Shown one piece after another: positions 13,200 to 25,264 of a DNA stretch of 64,000 nucleotides. Source of the DNA: Eledone cirrhosa (lineage: Eukaryota); contig OZ024743.1 in assembly GCA_964016885.1 (NCBI GenBank), positions 333,746,001-333,810,000 of the forward strand. Direction: 5' to 3'. The notes beneath the pieces are model-generated. The model worked only from the letters and a program-made list of their open reading frames with translations, was not told the DNA's origin and searched no databases. The position numbers were made by a program, and so were the translations under genes. The stretch's first letter is position 1. Each line of letters begins with the position of its first letter.

Positions 13200-14400
13200 C
13201 TGAGGTCAACAGTTATATGGTCAGTGGCCTTCAAGGATATGAAAAACTGATTTAGAAAGGAGCAACTATCAAACCGAAGGATCAAGTAATGAAAATAGCA
13301 GAAATAGTTTCTGCACCACTGATTAGGTAAAGATGCAGTTTGGATTTATGCCAGGACAAACTACCACCAATTCCTTAGATAAGTGTTTGTCATTATATTT
13401 AGATTTCATGGATCCTAGAGAGTAATATGATCAGTTGTTTGGTTGTTAAGAAACTTTGGGGTAGATGAATGATATGTGAGAGTGATGCAAACCATGTATA
13501 AAGATGCTGTTAGTAAAGGAGGTAATGAATTGAGTGAAGAATTCAATATACAGGTCATTCATCAATGCCATAATAGAGGAATCTAAGACCAGCTGTCCAT
13601 GGGAACTCCTATGTATTGTTAACCTAGGTTTTATAGCTAAAATTGTGGAAGATTTAGAAAAGAAATTCCAGACATGGAACCAACACCTATAATTGAAAGG
13701 CCTCAGTAAATTTAGCAAAAATTAAAGTATTAGTAAAGAAAGACAGGATCAGGTTGCTAGTAGAGAAATGCTCATTTGCAGAAAAATGATTAGGTAGCAA
13801 CTCCATACAGTGAACTCAGTATAAATTATGGGTGCACAGGTTAACAGAGAAAAGAGATTTTGTGTATGGTAGATGTTTAAAGGTAGTTAATAGAGCACCA
13901 GTGAAATATACTCGTTCCAATCCAAGGAAGGCTCCATACAAGACTTAATTAACAGTGGAAGAAGGTGCTCTGAAACCAGTCAAAATAAGAACAGGGTGGG
14001 AAAAGTTCAGAGAGCTACTATCTCTGTTGATAATGAAGCAATTCTCTCTCTGCAATGTTGCATGGTAGTGAGACATGGGCATTGAAAGCAGAGGATATGC
14101 GAAGATTAGAAAGAAACAAGGTAAACATGCTCCACCAGGTGTGTAATGTTAGTGCACAGATGTATTGAAAGGAAAACTGGGCATAAGGGGAATCAGATGT
14201 AGAACACAAGTGAGAAAATTGTGCTGGCATGGGCACATAATGCATATGGATGGTGACTGTTGGGTGAAGAAATGCCAGGACCACCAAGTAGAGTGTAGCT
14301 GTGGAAGAGGAAAATGGAAAACTTGGGAAGCAGCAGTGATAAATGATCTCAGAATGCTGAAACACAAAGATGATGAAGTAATGCAACAAGTGGAGAGAAG
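13200..14400 (+). mobile_element. RTE-clade LINE, decayed RT-to-C-terminus
   Basis: MQFGFMPG, PWELLY, HGSETWAL, WHGHIMHMD..RGKWKTW remnants. Confidence 0.8.
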
Positions 14401-15146
14401 CAGACATATCTTTATCTATACACAGGCTCCATTGCTAATATATTTTAGTAAAAAAAATATATATATGTGTAGAGAAGTGGTAGATAAAGTAAGATAAAAA
14501 GAACTTAGTGGTATGAGAAGTAGAGAAAGGCAGAGAGGCATTCAGATATAGTTATAGACATTCAATAAAGGTTTCTCCCAAAAGTAAGGAGTTAGACTAG
14601 CCGTGTTGCCTCGTGAGACAAGCCAGGTCAGATGACCATGTCTTGCTCATACAGAACTGATTTTGGCTTGGTTTCTACAGCTGGATGCCTTTCCTAATAC
14701 CAACCACATTTACAGCGTGGGTGTGTGTGTGCGTGTGTATATATATACATACATACATACACAGATAATCACATATTGCTGTACAATCATATATAATCCT
14801 TTCCCATTCCTGTCTGTGTGTGTTTCTCATACACAATAGTTTGTGGAATTATATATAATCTCCACTGAAAGTGATTGGCTGTACCACAACTAAGTTACCT
14901 TGGAAGCAGAACCATTATTCCGCAAGCTCTAGATTCTCCCAAATCACCCAAACACATAAAATCCTATTAATCAGTGATGAATCAGTGATGAAACACTCAA
15001 GACAAACAGACAGACAGTGGTTCTTCAGAATTCAATAGTTTAAATAACTATTGCTAACTTGTACCAAATTACTATTTGTTACTATGAAATAATAGAGAAT
15101 GATTTTAACAAATGAGACAGAAATCCTTTCATTTTTATTTGTAACA

Positions 15147-16310
15147 ATCATCATCAACGTTTAACGTCCGTGTTCCACGCTTGCATGGGTTTGGACGGGG
15201 GTTTTCCCACTTGAGGCAAGAGTGATTGTCTTGCTCGCATAGGACTGTCTGGCAGGTTTTCTACAGTTGGATGCCCTTCCTAACACCAACCACATTTACA
15301 GTGCGGGTCTGGGAGGTTTTTACCGTGTTGCCTACACGGCCACATTACAGCGTGGACTGTGTGTTTTTTTGTCGTGACACCTACACGATCTCGTTTGTTT
15401 CGGCCTGGATGGTGTGGCACCAACATAACTTTACATAGCAGGGGGTGGTGTGGATGGGGTGGGGGTGGTGGGACGGAGGTGTATTTTGTTAGAGATGCCT
15501 ACTGACTATAGTAGGTTTTACTATGTATTTAGGTAAGGCGGGTCTTCTCTATTACTGAGTACCGCCAAAGGTCTCGGTCCAGTGACATTGTCTTGGAGAG
15601 GTGTAAGTGTGTGAGGTCGGAGTTTATCAGCTCGTCCCAGGTTTTTCTAGGTCTGCCTATTCCGTGGCTACCGTCCATCTTTATTGCCCTGCACTTTGTT
15701 ATACAGCTATCGACTTTCATGCGCATCACGTGTCCATACCAACGTAGCCTTCTCTCGAGTAAACAACATCTGATCCCTCTTATTTCTAATTTTTTCCTTA
15801 GTTCATCTATGCTTTGCCGTCCAGGTATATTACTATTACACATCCAGCGGAGCATGCAAGCTTCGTTCCTCTCTAGTCTGCGTATATCCTCTGCACACAA
15901 TGCCCAGGTCTCACTGCCATGCAACATTGCTGTTCGTATGCAGGCATCATACAACCTGCCTTTCATTTTTAGGGAGAACCCTTTAGCGGCTAATAGTGGT
16001 ATAAGCTCTCTGAACTTTTTCTATCCAGTTCTGACTCTAGCTACTGTACTTTCAGAGCACCCTCCCCCACTGCTGATTTTGTCACCCAGGTAACGGAAGC
16101 TGTCCACTATTTCTATAGAGCCCTCTGCGCAGTTGTAAGAGCTAGTATTTTGTGGGCACTTGCTGCTACTTATTGCACCAGAGCACCGGCCACATGTAAA
16201 ATCTATGTTCTTAGTTAGCTTACCTGCGATCCCACTACATCTTTTATGCACCCATACTTTGCATTTGGGATATAAAATGGAGTTTCTACCTACGCCTTTC
16301 CTACACACTG
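15147..16310 (-). mobile_element. RTE-clade LINE 3' end with 3' UTR and (CAT)n tail
   Basis: KGRLYDACIRTAMLHGSETWAL..RRLRWYGHVMRM..GRPRKTW; near-identical sister copy at 30438-31175. Confidence 0.9.
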
Positions 16311-16719
16311 CAATGTCCTTTACAAAAGTATGAATATTACTATGTCTCATTCCTTATACTTTCACGAAAATCAAAATACAGATACAATTGAGTTGGATTT
16401 ACAAGTCCCTGGACTGCAGTTTTCTTTTGCAAAATTGGGAGAAGTGCCACCCACCTTCGAGAAGGAGCCTTGAGGTAGAATAGCCAATGCAGCGGGTGTC
16501 ACTGGCTATCCTCCATAGCAATACTTTTGTCATGTTGTCTGCCTAGCCAGTGTGTAAAGTTTGCCCATCCCTCTCACTTCCCCCCTTTTTTCACTTCCTG
16601 TTTATTATAGTCTGCACATCATTGTAGACTTTGATTTGAAGAGATTTTTAAAGAAATAGAGAGAAAGTGATGTCCGAATGAGAACCCTCTACTTCCAACT
16701 AACTTAGCCTCTGGGTCTC

Positions 16720-16940
16720 AGCTGCTGGAGAATGGTAAGGGAGACATGCTGGGACAGCCATGCCACCTCGTGGAGCTCACACCTGCGAGCAGCCAACTCT
16801 GCTCCAATAGCAGTGAGTAGGGATGTGGTCTGGTGGTCAAGAACGCCAAAAGCCTCCTCTGCTATAGGCTCTACCACAAACCTATTAGAACAGCCGATAC
16901 TTGGACAGCTTGCCCTTGGCAGGTGGCAGAGTCTGGGCTG
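16720..16940 (-). mobile_element. CRE-clade 3' fragment
   Basis: Homologous to 10890-11090 (RLE C-terminus, 'AARRCE..WL.Q..SL.I'). Confidence 0.65.
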
Positions 16941-19900
16941 ATAGCTGAATGAATTGTAGACTTCTGTTCAACAATAAATTCAATTGGAATTATAAGAATT
17001 TTTTGCCAAAGGTTAACTCTGACTGAGTAAGTTTATGATAAAAAATCATTTCAGCTGACAAAACATCCTATTTATGACTGGAATATTTGAAGTACCCTCC
17101 CTTCTTTAAGACAATAGGAGATATGGTTGCTATTTCTAGCAGATCAAGTAATTGCACAAGAAGGATAATTGAGGTAGTTCATCAGTGCATAACACTGGAT
17201 CCAATTTTGTCCATGGAAAAGAATGGGGCAATGCCAGGTGAACATGCTTCAGATAAACTAGATGGAGATGTGTTAAGGATATGTTCTATGCTAACAACAG
17301 AATTTAGTAAAACAGCATATGTCACAGAAGAGAAAACAGAAAATCATCCCATCTGTTGCTATTTATATAGGCACTGAATAATACTAGAACTCTTAGAAAT
17401 GTAGTGAATATTACTTCTTTGCTCACATATTTCTGAGAGTCTTATTAGAAGCAACCATCTCCAAGCTAGACCAACTGAGCTCTGCTAATAAAATCTGTCC
17501 TGCAATTCTTTCCATAGACATTTTAACCCCATGTTCATAATACTGAAGTTATGATATCTTGAATCAGAGAAGTAGCGTCTATTTGGGGTGACTCCTTGAT
17601 CTCCAAGCTATGCACCCTATTGAGTAATGTTACTCTGAGACCCTTTGGAAGAACCCCATTTCAGCTGCTTGTATTTGTGATCACATTCTTTCAGACATTA
17701 CCCAAGCAGGTGGAGAAGTTCAAATATCTTGGGAGGTAAGTGTAAAAGCCAAACTTGCTATTTTCAATTCACTGTTTGTATCCACTCTTACCTATGGTCA
17801 GAAATTTAGTAAATATTTAGACATCAAATGTTTATTCACTGCTGGTGTATAACATTTAAAATCTTTGTGAAATAGCTTCTTTATTTCCATAGTGAAATAG
17901 GAAAAAAAAAAAAAAAAAAATTCAGCTCACATCTATGCAAATTCAACTGGCCTATTACAAAGTTGTATCTCACAGGTGGCCCCAGCCCCATCATGAAAAG
18001 CAATATAAAATGAAGTACCTTGTTCAAGTAGAACAATCCAGGAATTGAACACCCTAACAATTAATTAGGTCATGCATAGACAATCATTTTCTCTTTATGC
18101 AACATAAAACCCTTCATATACTATATTCAAACATAAATAGTTTAGAAAGCAGTTCTTCAAAGTCAACATAAATAAATATAGACAGAGGAATGTGACCTTT
18201 ATTTGATATATTTGAGAAATAAAGTGTTTGATACACTAATGTTCAGCAGAATCTGGGTAAACAACTAAAATTATACATCATTGAAAAGGAAAGGAAAAAT
18301 ATTAGCACAACTTTTAACAGATTGGTTTTAAAATAACATTGGATAAATTACATCATAAAAAAATGAAGGTCAGGACTATTACTTGGTGTACATATCAAAT
18401 AAATTTCAGACAATATTGTTTCCTGATCTGTCTGGGTAATTAAGTAAAGCTTTCACATTTCCATCATCATCAATTTATATCTAAAGATAGTTGTGCCAAA
18501 GGCATAACCTCTCTAGTGTTGGTGACATGATAAAATGCACCCAGTACATGTTGTAAAGTGGTTGGAAAGGTATTCAAACATAGAAAATTTACCAAAGCGC
18601 CGAGAGGACTCTTCTGATATGGCAACCTACGTTAGATGTGACCACTCAGTCGGTCTGAGACGTCAGTAGCTACGATGAAGTATTGACATGGTCTGTAATG
18701 ACCCATAACAATTGATTTAATATTTAATAAGCTCCTTATGTTTTAGAAATATTTCTATAAACATTGATACTGTTACTGTTGATATGTAACATCTTTCTGC
18801 TGAGGAAACTATTTTTGTCCTTGAGCATCATTCTCTTTGAAAAATACAGAATAACCTTCAGTGGGTTACCACTGTAGTGAAGGATCTAAAATTCCTCAGA
18901 TTCTAAAAGAGCTATTTTATGGCACCATCACTTATGGTAATATAGCAGTCAAGTAACCTAACTAGATTTAAAATATAGAGAGTAAAGTGTGATAGACAGT
19001 GATAGTGGAATGTTTGTAGCAGAGAGTGTAGACTTTAGTAAAACAGCATATGTCACAGAAGAGAAAACAGAAAATCATCCCATGATAGTGGAGAGTGTTT
19101 GTTGTAGAAAATGTAGAGTAGTCTGTGAAAGGTGAGAGTGTTTGAATAGAAAACTGTCTATAAAAACTAGTGAATAAATACTTGTTTTCAATGATGATGG
19201 ATTGGATAGGTCATCATGGTTTGAGACTAGGCAGGAGAGAGAACCATGTCTAATGCATGTGTTCTATATTTAATATGGTTTCTACAGATGGATGCCTAAT
19301 GTCAACCACTTTACTGTGTACTGAGTGAGTTTTATGACATCGGCATTACCATTTTATCATATCACCAGTTATAGAATGAATTGGGTGCATTTTAGTGCGA
19401 CACCAGCACTACCACTTTATAAACTGTACTGAGTGCATTTTATTGCAGCATCAACACTACCACTTTATAGAGTGGGACAATTGCATTTTAGTGTAGCACC
19501 AGCACTACCATTTCAAAATACTTCATTTCACATTACTCCAGTTGACTCAGCTGAAAATAAGTATCAGCTGTATCTGGGGGATAACTGATGGACTAGGTGC
19601 TCTGTTCAGGGGAAGTCATATACTAGAAGTAGCTTAATGCCAGAGCCTCCAGGCTGGGAACAGAGATGGATCAATATTCAGTTCCCGTAATCTTATGAAT
19701 GAAATATGTTTCACAAACTCATATAAAGCCAAAAGTCAAATTCTGTTTCATTGATATAACAACATACTTATCACCATTTAACATGTTTTTCCCATGCTAG
19801 CTTGGGTTAGATGGGTTGTTACAAAGAATTTGATCTGAATTCTGCCCTCTCACATATGCAAGAGGCTGCATCATCATCATCATTGTTCAAAGTCCATTTC

Positions 19901-20659
19901 CCCATCTAGCAATTGATTAATGAAGAATTTTGAGGGATTTACAAAAAAATTAATTATTTCATTACTAAGATAGTAACTTAACATGTAGTTCATATATAAG
20001 AATATGTTGGAAGATTTTACTTAAAATTGGAGCTCTTTAAAATGGGTGGCTGTTACATAGAACTAAAGCCAGATTTGGGGGAGTTAGTACCAAAAAGGTT
20101 AAGGAGTTTCAGCAAGTTAACTCTAAATGTCTAAAGTCTTGAGCCCAGAGGCTCGTCAGGCTGGTGCTTATCCTGGTTTCCATGGCATGAAGCGACTGAG
20201 AACACAAGACCCCCCACCCCAGCTACTTCTGGTAGCCATTACCAACTGAGTATAATGGAACATAAAAAAACTGTTTTGTTCAAGAATACACAGCCCAGTC
20301 CAAGAAACGAACCCATGGAACTATGATTGTAAGTTCAACACTCTTACCACTAGGTTCCGCACCTCTACTTAAGGTTATATCAAACTTTTAAGACATTAAG
20401 GATTACCAAAAATAACATGAAAAAAGGAATACACACATGTAATTCAGTTTGTATACCTTATTGCAGTAGAAACATTGTGGTGCTTCTCCATGATAAATAT
20501 AATTATAAACAACTAATTAATTCCAAATTAGGATTAATTCTATCAATTTCCTGTAAGTGATTCCAGATTGACAGCCACACAAACAGAAAACCTGAATTAA
20601 CTCATAACTATCCCTAAACCTAATTTGGAATAAATTAGTTTGGATTGTATTATTTTATA

Positions 20660-20850
20660 CGGGTGTGGATTGGCAGTATCGGTAGAGAGTCGGACGCCAT
20701 GCTTTCCAGCATAGTTACGTCCTCCCTTTACAGTGTGAGTTCAAATCCCGCCGAGGTCAACTTTGCCTTTCATCCTTACGGGGTCGATAAAATAAAGTAC
20801 CAGTAATGTACTGGATAATTGATGGCCTTGTGCCAAAAGTAGAAACAATT
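20660..20850 (+). mobile_element. tRNA-derived SINE (second family)
   Basis: B box GAGTTCAAATCC followed by GCCTTTCATCC..GGGGTCGATAAAATAAAGTACCAG; other copies at 20-200(-), 7520-7700(-), 12710-12800(-), 21660-21800, 24680-24840(-) and 28520-28860. Confidence 0.8.
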
Positions 20851-22590
20851 ATTTTATATTAATTTATCATGGGGATGAGGGATTCTATTGCATTTCGAAA
20901 TCGTAATTTCTAAATTACTAACGAAAATGTTACTAAAAGCATTGTCTCTAAAGGTCTTCAGGGTTTAGCATACAAAAGTCAGAACTTAAGAAAAAAAAAA
21001 AAAAAAAAAAAATGCCACGCCCCACCTAATAGAATTTCAAATCAAAAGTTCTATTTAAACAATTTTTTAAATACAAAATATAAATTTATTACCATAGCTT
21101 ATTCAAGAAATAAAATACGATATAGAAAGCATTCAGCAAATATTAAATATTTTCTTATACAAATAAATATAACCAACACACACAATACACATATTTCTTT
21201 CAATCAAACATCACAGACCGATATACCTACAAAATATCTTTGACAAATATCCATAACGTATTTCTCTTTCAATCGAATTCATTATGAACTAAGTTTTATG
21301 CATTTAAAAAAAAATGTTTCATCAGAGGAGAGGCTGTGCAATGGCTCTTTTTAGGGTCTCAAATTAGGAAGTAGGGGGAAGTTGTCCCCAGATCAGAGAC
21401 CTCGCCGGAATGTTTGCAACAGACTGGAGTGTGTTAAAAGTTCATCTCAGGGCCACGTAATGTTAAAGCTAGCGATAGATTAAGTCTGCCATCCAAATTT
21501 ACAACCTACATTAAAAAAAACCCCCAAACCCGAGTGTAAAAATCGTATCCTTTTTTTATGGTCTAATCCTTACATATACAAGGATTATGCTAGGTGCGAA
21601 TGATATATATACGTTTATTTAGCAGAGGTCAAGGACTCCTCCGCTATATATAGCTATTACGGCGAAGTGGCAGATCGTTAGCATGTCGGATAAAAAAATG
21701 TAACGGTATTTGTTCTGACTTAGTTCAAATCTTACCAGTTCGAGTCAATAAATAAAGTACTAAACAAGTACTGGGGCCGATTTTTCTTCCTCTTTCGTTT
21801 GTACCAGTAATTCACGTGCAGTCGTGTGTCACGTAGATTCAACCATCAAATGTACACATATCGGTAGGATACTAACTAGACCGCTTACAGGTTAATTTCA
21901 CGAGAAGGCGGTCGAACAACTACATGCTCATCGCCGAGACCGACGTGAACCCATCACTATTCCAACAATAAGCTAGTCTGAAGATTCCGCTTATCAAGCA
22001 TATTCTGTTTCTAGCCTCTCTCTTACACATACACTATCACCATCGGCTTTGACGGTCAATGGAACTACCTACTCATACAATTCTAGTTTAAATTGTTCCG
22101 TGACACTTTTATCAGCCAGGCTCAGTGATTGTGACATAGGCCTCCATGCAATATCCGCTTTAACCACAATATCACTCAAAAAGTTGGATCGACAAGAGAA
22201 AATGGTAAAAATAATTTGCCCAAGATGCCGCATCGTGGCATTGAACGCATGACCTAATGGTTGCGAAGAGAACTTTTAACTACTCGAAGTGCCTGCATCC
22301 ACACACACGATTATATATATATATATATATAATAAGTACTGAGTACTTTGGTGCGTTATGGTCTACCTGGTTCCTTACCACACTTCCTTCGTTATATATA
22401 TAGTAATAATAATAAATTTGAAGACTAAAATCCAAAGAGGGCTCCCCGTTAAGGGTGAAAGCAGCGATTCTTTGCTTAAACTTTAATCTGTTATTTTAAT
22501 AAATATATATATATATACACACACATTTATATATATATATATACAGATACACACACATTTATATATATATATATATACAGATACACACAC

Positions 22591-22627
<37 letters not shown>

Positions 22628-22636
22628 TACACACAC

Positions 22637-22693
<57 letters not shown>

Positions 22694-23591
22694 TACACAC
22701 ACATTTATATATATATAAATATATATATATACAGATACACACACATTTATATATATATAAACTAGCTATCTTAATGTCAAGACTCATAAAATTGTGATGG
22801 GAGGTTTGATAAGAACGAGATATGAAAAATATAAAATATATATTATAAGTTTTAACAGAAGGAAAAGATTTCGATTGCCCGAAAAACAAAAGTAAAAAAA
22901 AAGACACTAATAAAACAAGTGACAAGGTCGTTGTGACGATTAGGAACGGAACTTAGCAAGTAAATAGAGAGAACAGACATGTCCTGACGTATTTTCACAT
23001 TGATAGTTTTAGCAAGGTTAAATTAAACCATCTAAGGCATCACCAATTCAGGAAGTTAATTGGAAGTTGCGTGAGTCGGTAGATTTCAGTTTAGTAGAGA
23101 AAAGTGACGAATGACTGCCAATGTCAAACTAACTAATAATTCCCAAAACCACCTGCATGTCAGCGTTTTTATTTTTTTGTGGTAATTCTAGTAAGACATA
23201 TCAATAGGTAGTTTAATAGTAACGGATACAAAGAAATAGTAGAAATATTGCAGTGACTACAGAGTGATGTTGATGGGTAAAGGGAGAGCCCAGACAGTAA
23301 GCAATGACCTTCAAAGAATATACATAAAGGCAACGTGAGATTTAATCATTAACAAAACAAAACAAGTATATATTAATATTTAATATACATATCTAAAGAA
23401 AGGCTACTACTCTGATTACTGTTTTTTCTTTTATTTTTAGTTATCTCAGTAAAATATTTTTGTCGGGGTGAATCAATTACTTCAAAACCTGGACAGGTTT
23501 GAAGCGTGTCTGCAACGAGTGAGGGAGAGATACTTGAAAAGTGTAGTAGTAGCAACATTTAACGACTGGTTTTCGTGACAAACTGAACAGG

Positions 23592-23626
<35 letters not shown>

Positions 23627-24044
23627 AGAGAGAGAGAGAGAATTGAAAACGACTGGTTTTCGTGATACATAAACTGAACAGGATATATACCTATACATAC
23701 ATTACCGAGTAAAATAAATATATATACACATATACATACATTACCCAGTAATATATATATATATATATAATGAAGTCGAAATAAGTTTCATGTAAGACCT
23801 TTTTAAAATAGTTTCACTTCCCTCAAATCGAACAGATGCATCAGCTTGTCATATATCAACAAAGGCTAAACTTTAAAAGGTATATCCAGTACCATTGAGG
23901 GAAACTGATCTGTATACGAATGATTTAGGCAATTAGTTGATAATAAAACGATTAACAATGACATTTTACTTAGTTACCAGCACACAATACTTTAACTAGA
24001 AACACGTTTATAAAGGCTAAACCAAATAAAGCAGATAATTTGAT

Positions 24045-24076
<32 letters not shown>

Positions 24077-24235
24077 TTTATCAAACTTTTCTGGATCCGA
24101 CGAGAACTATGGCTTATTAAAACAAAGGACAGCGGTACTATGAGATAAAAATTACCTTAAATAAGTCTTAATATATTATTCTTACCAGCAGTAATTATTA
24201 ACACAACAACAATAAATGTCAATTGAAGGACTTAC

Positions 24236-24316
24236 GCTGGTGGTTGTAGACAAGCTTCTCCGACAACATGATTTGATTGTGGTCACCAAAAACCGGCTAC
24301 GGAACAGAGTCGACAT
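24236..24316 (-). CDS. MDH2: MDH2 coding exon 1 (mitochondrial transit peptide)
   Basis: ATG at 24316 reads MSTLFRSRFLVTTIKSCCRRSLSTTTS (Arg/Ser/Thr-rich, no acidic residues). It ends at a GTAAG donor in phase 0, compatible with exon 2 (KNAKV...). Confidence 0.85.
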
Positions 24317-24600
24317 GACGATACCACGTTATTTTCTTCTCTGAAATGCCTGAAATGAATAATATCTCTCGAATTGACTTCGAGGAGTTGTCTATCCCAA
24401 TATGACAACTAAAATAGTTTCGTTATCTCAGCAGAAATTGCTAGAGAAGCGAAAAAAAAGTTGCCGGAGTTTGACTAGAACGAAGTAAGGTCACGCACCA
24501 AAGTCGCTTGCTTAGAAGACGCTTGCCGCCGGAAGTACATATTGCGCAGACTCTATTATAACTTCCATCGTGTAATATCTCACACACACCTGCTATCTCC
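24317..24600 (-). promoter_or_regulatory. Putative MDH2 5' UTR/core promoter
   Basis: Repeat-free, CpG-retaining segment directly upstream of the ATG; ETS-type CCGGAAGT (24529-24536), AAGGTCA half-site (24487-24493), TGCGCA palindrome (24543-24548). Confidence 0.5.
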
Positions 24601-24859
24601 CACACATTTCTTAGTAACGGTACACATGTAATTTCTCAGTATTTCTCTGTTTAATTAAGATCCAAGTTATAATATAACAATGGTTTCTGATTTAGGTACA
24701 AGGCTAGCAATTTTAGGGTAGGGGAAAGTCGATTAAACGACTCCAGTGCGTTACTGGTGTTTTATTTTATTGACCCCCGTAAGGATGAAAGGTAAAGCTA
24801 ACCTCGGTGGGATTTGAACTCAGAGCGTAAAGAGCCGTAATATATATATGATCTCTTTG

Positions 24860-25260
24860 ATTCTGTGCTGGATGTTGGTGTTAAAAGAGGGGCTGAGCTG
24901 TTAACTGATCATCATCTAGTTATCTGCAGCTTGGGACTACATAAAGCCAAAGAAGCCCACAAAACTGGCAGGTCCAGGGCGACCTACAGCATAAAGTGGG
25001 AAGCATTGGTGGATAAGGAAGTCAGGACCAGGTATACTGTTGCATCCAAATTTAGAGAACTGCCTGAGCAAACTGAGGACATTGAGAGAGAGAGAGAGAG
25101 TGGAAAGTGTTCAGCGCAGCAGTTTCTGCTCAGCTATTAAATGCTGTGCGCGAAAGAGGCTTTGTGTGGTGTTGGATAGCAGGAGGACCCCTTGGTTCAA
25201 TCAAGAGGTCAAAGGTGCCATCCAAGCAAAGAAGGAGGCTTACAAAGCTTAGCTTGGAAA
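24860..25260 (+). mobile_element. RTE-clade (Expander/Rex3-like) endonuclease-linker fragment
   Basis: DVGVKRGAELLTDHHLV..IKWEAL..RTPWFNQEVKGAI.AKKEAY. Confidence 0.65.
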
Positions 25261-25264
25261 TAAG

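Noticed and set aside
18597-18705. CpG-rich intronic patch with a CTCAG/CTGAG hairpin, considered as a snoRNA or ribozyme
   Set aside because: No properly placed C/D or H/ACA boxes on the sense strand and no ribozyme core.
23370-24045. Hairpins (CTTCAAAACCT/AGGTTTGAAG; TTCCCTCAA/TTGAGGGAA) between (TA)n tracts near exon 1
   Set aside because: No complete hammerhead core or stem I could be assembled.
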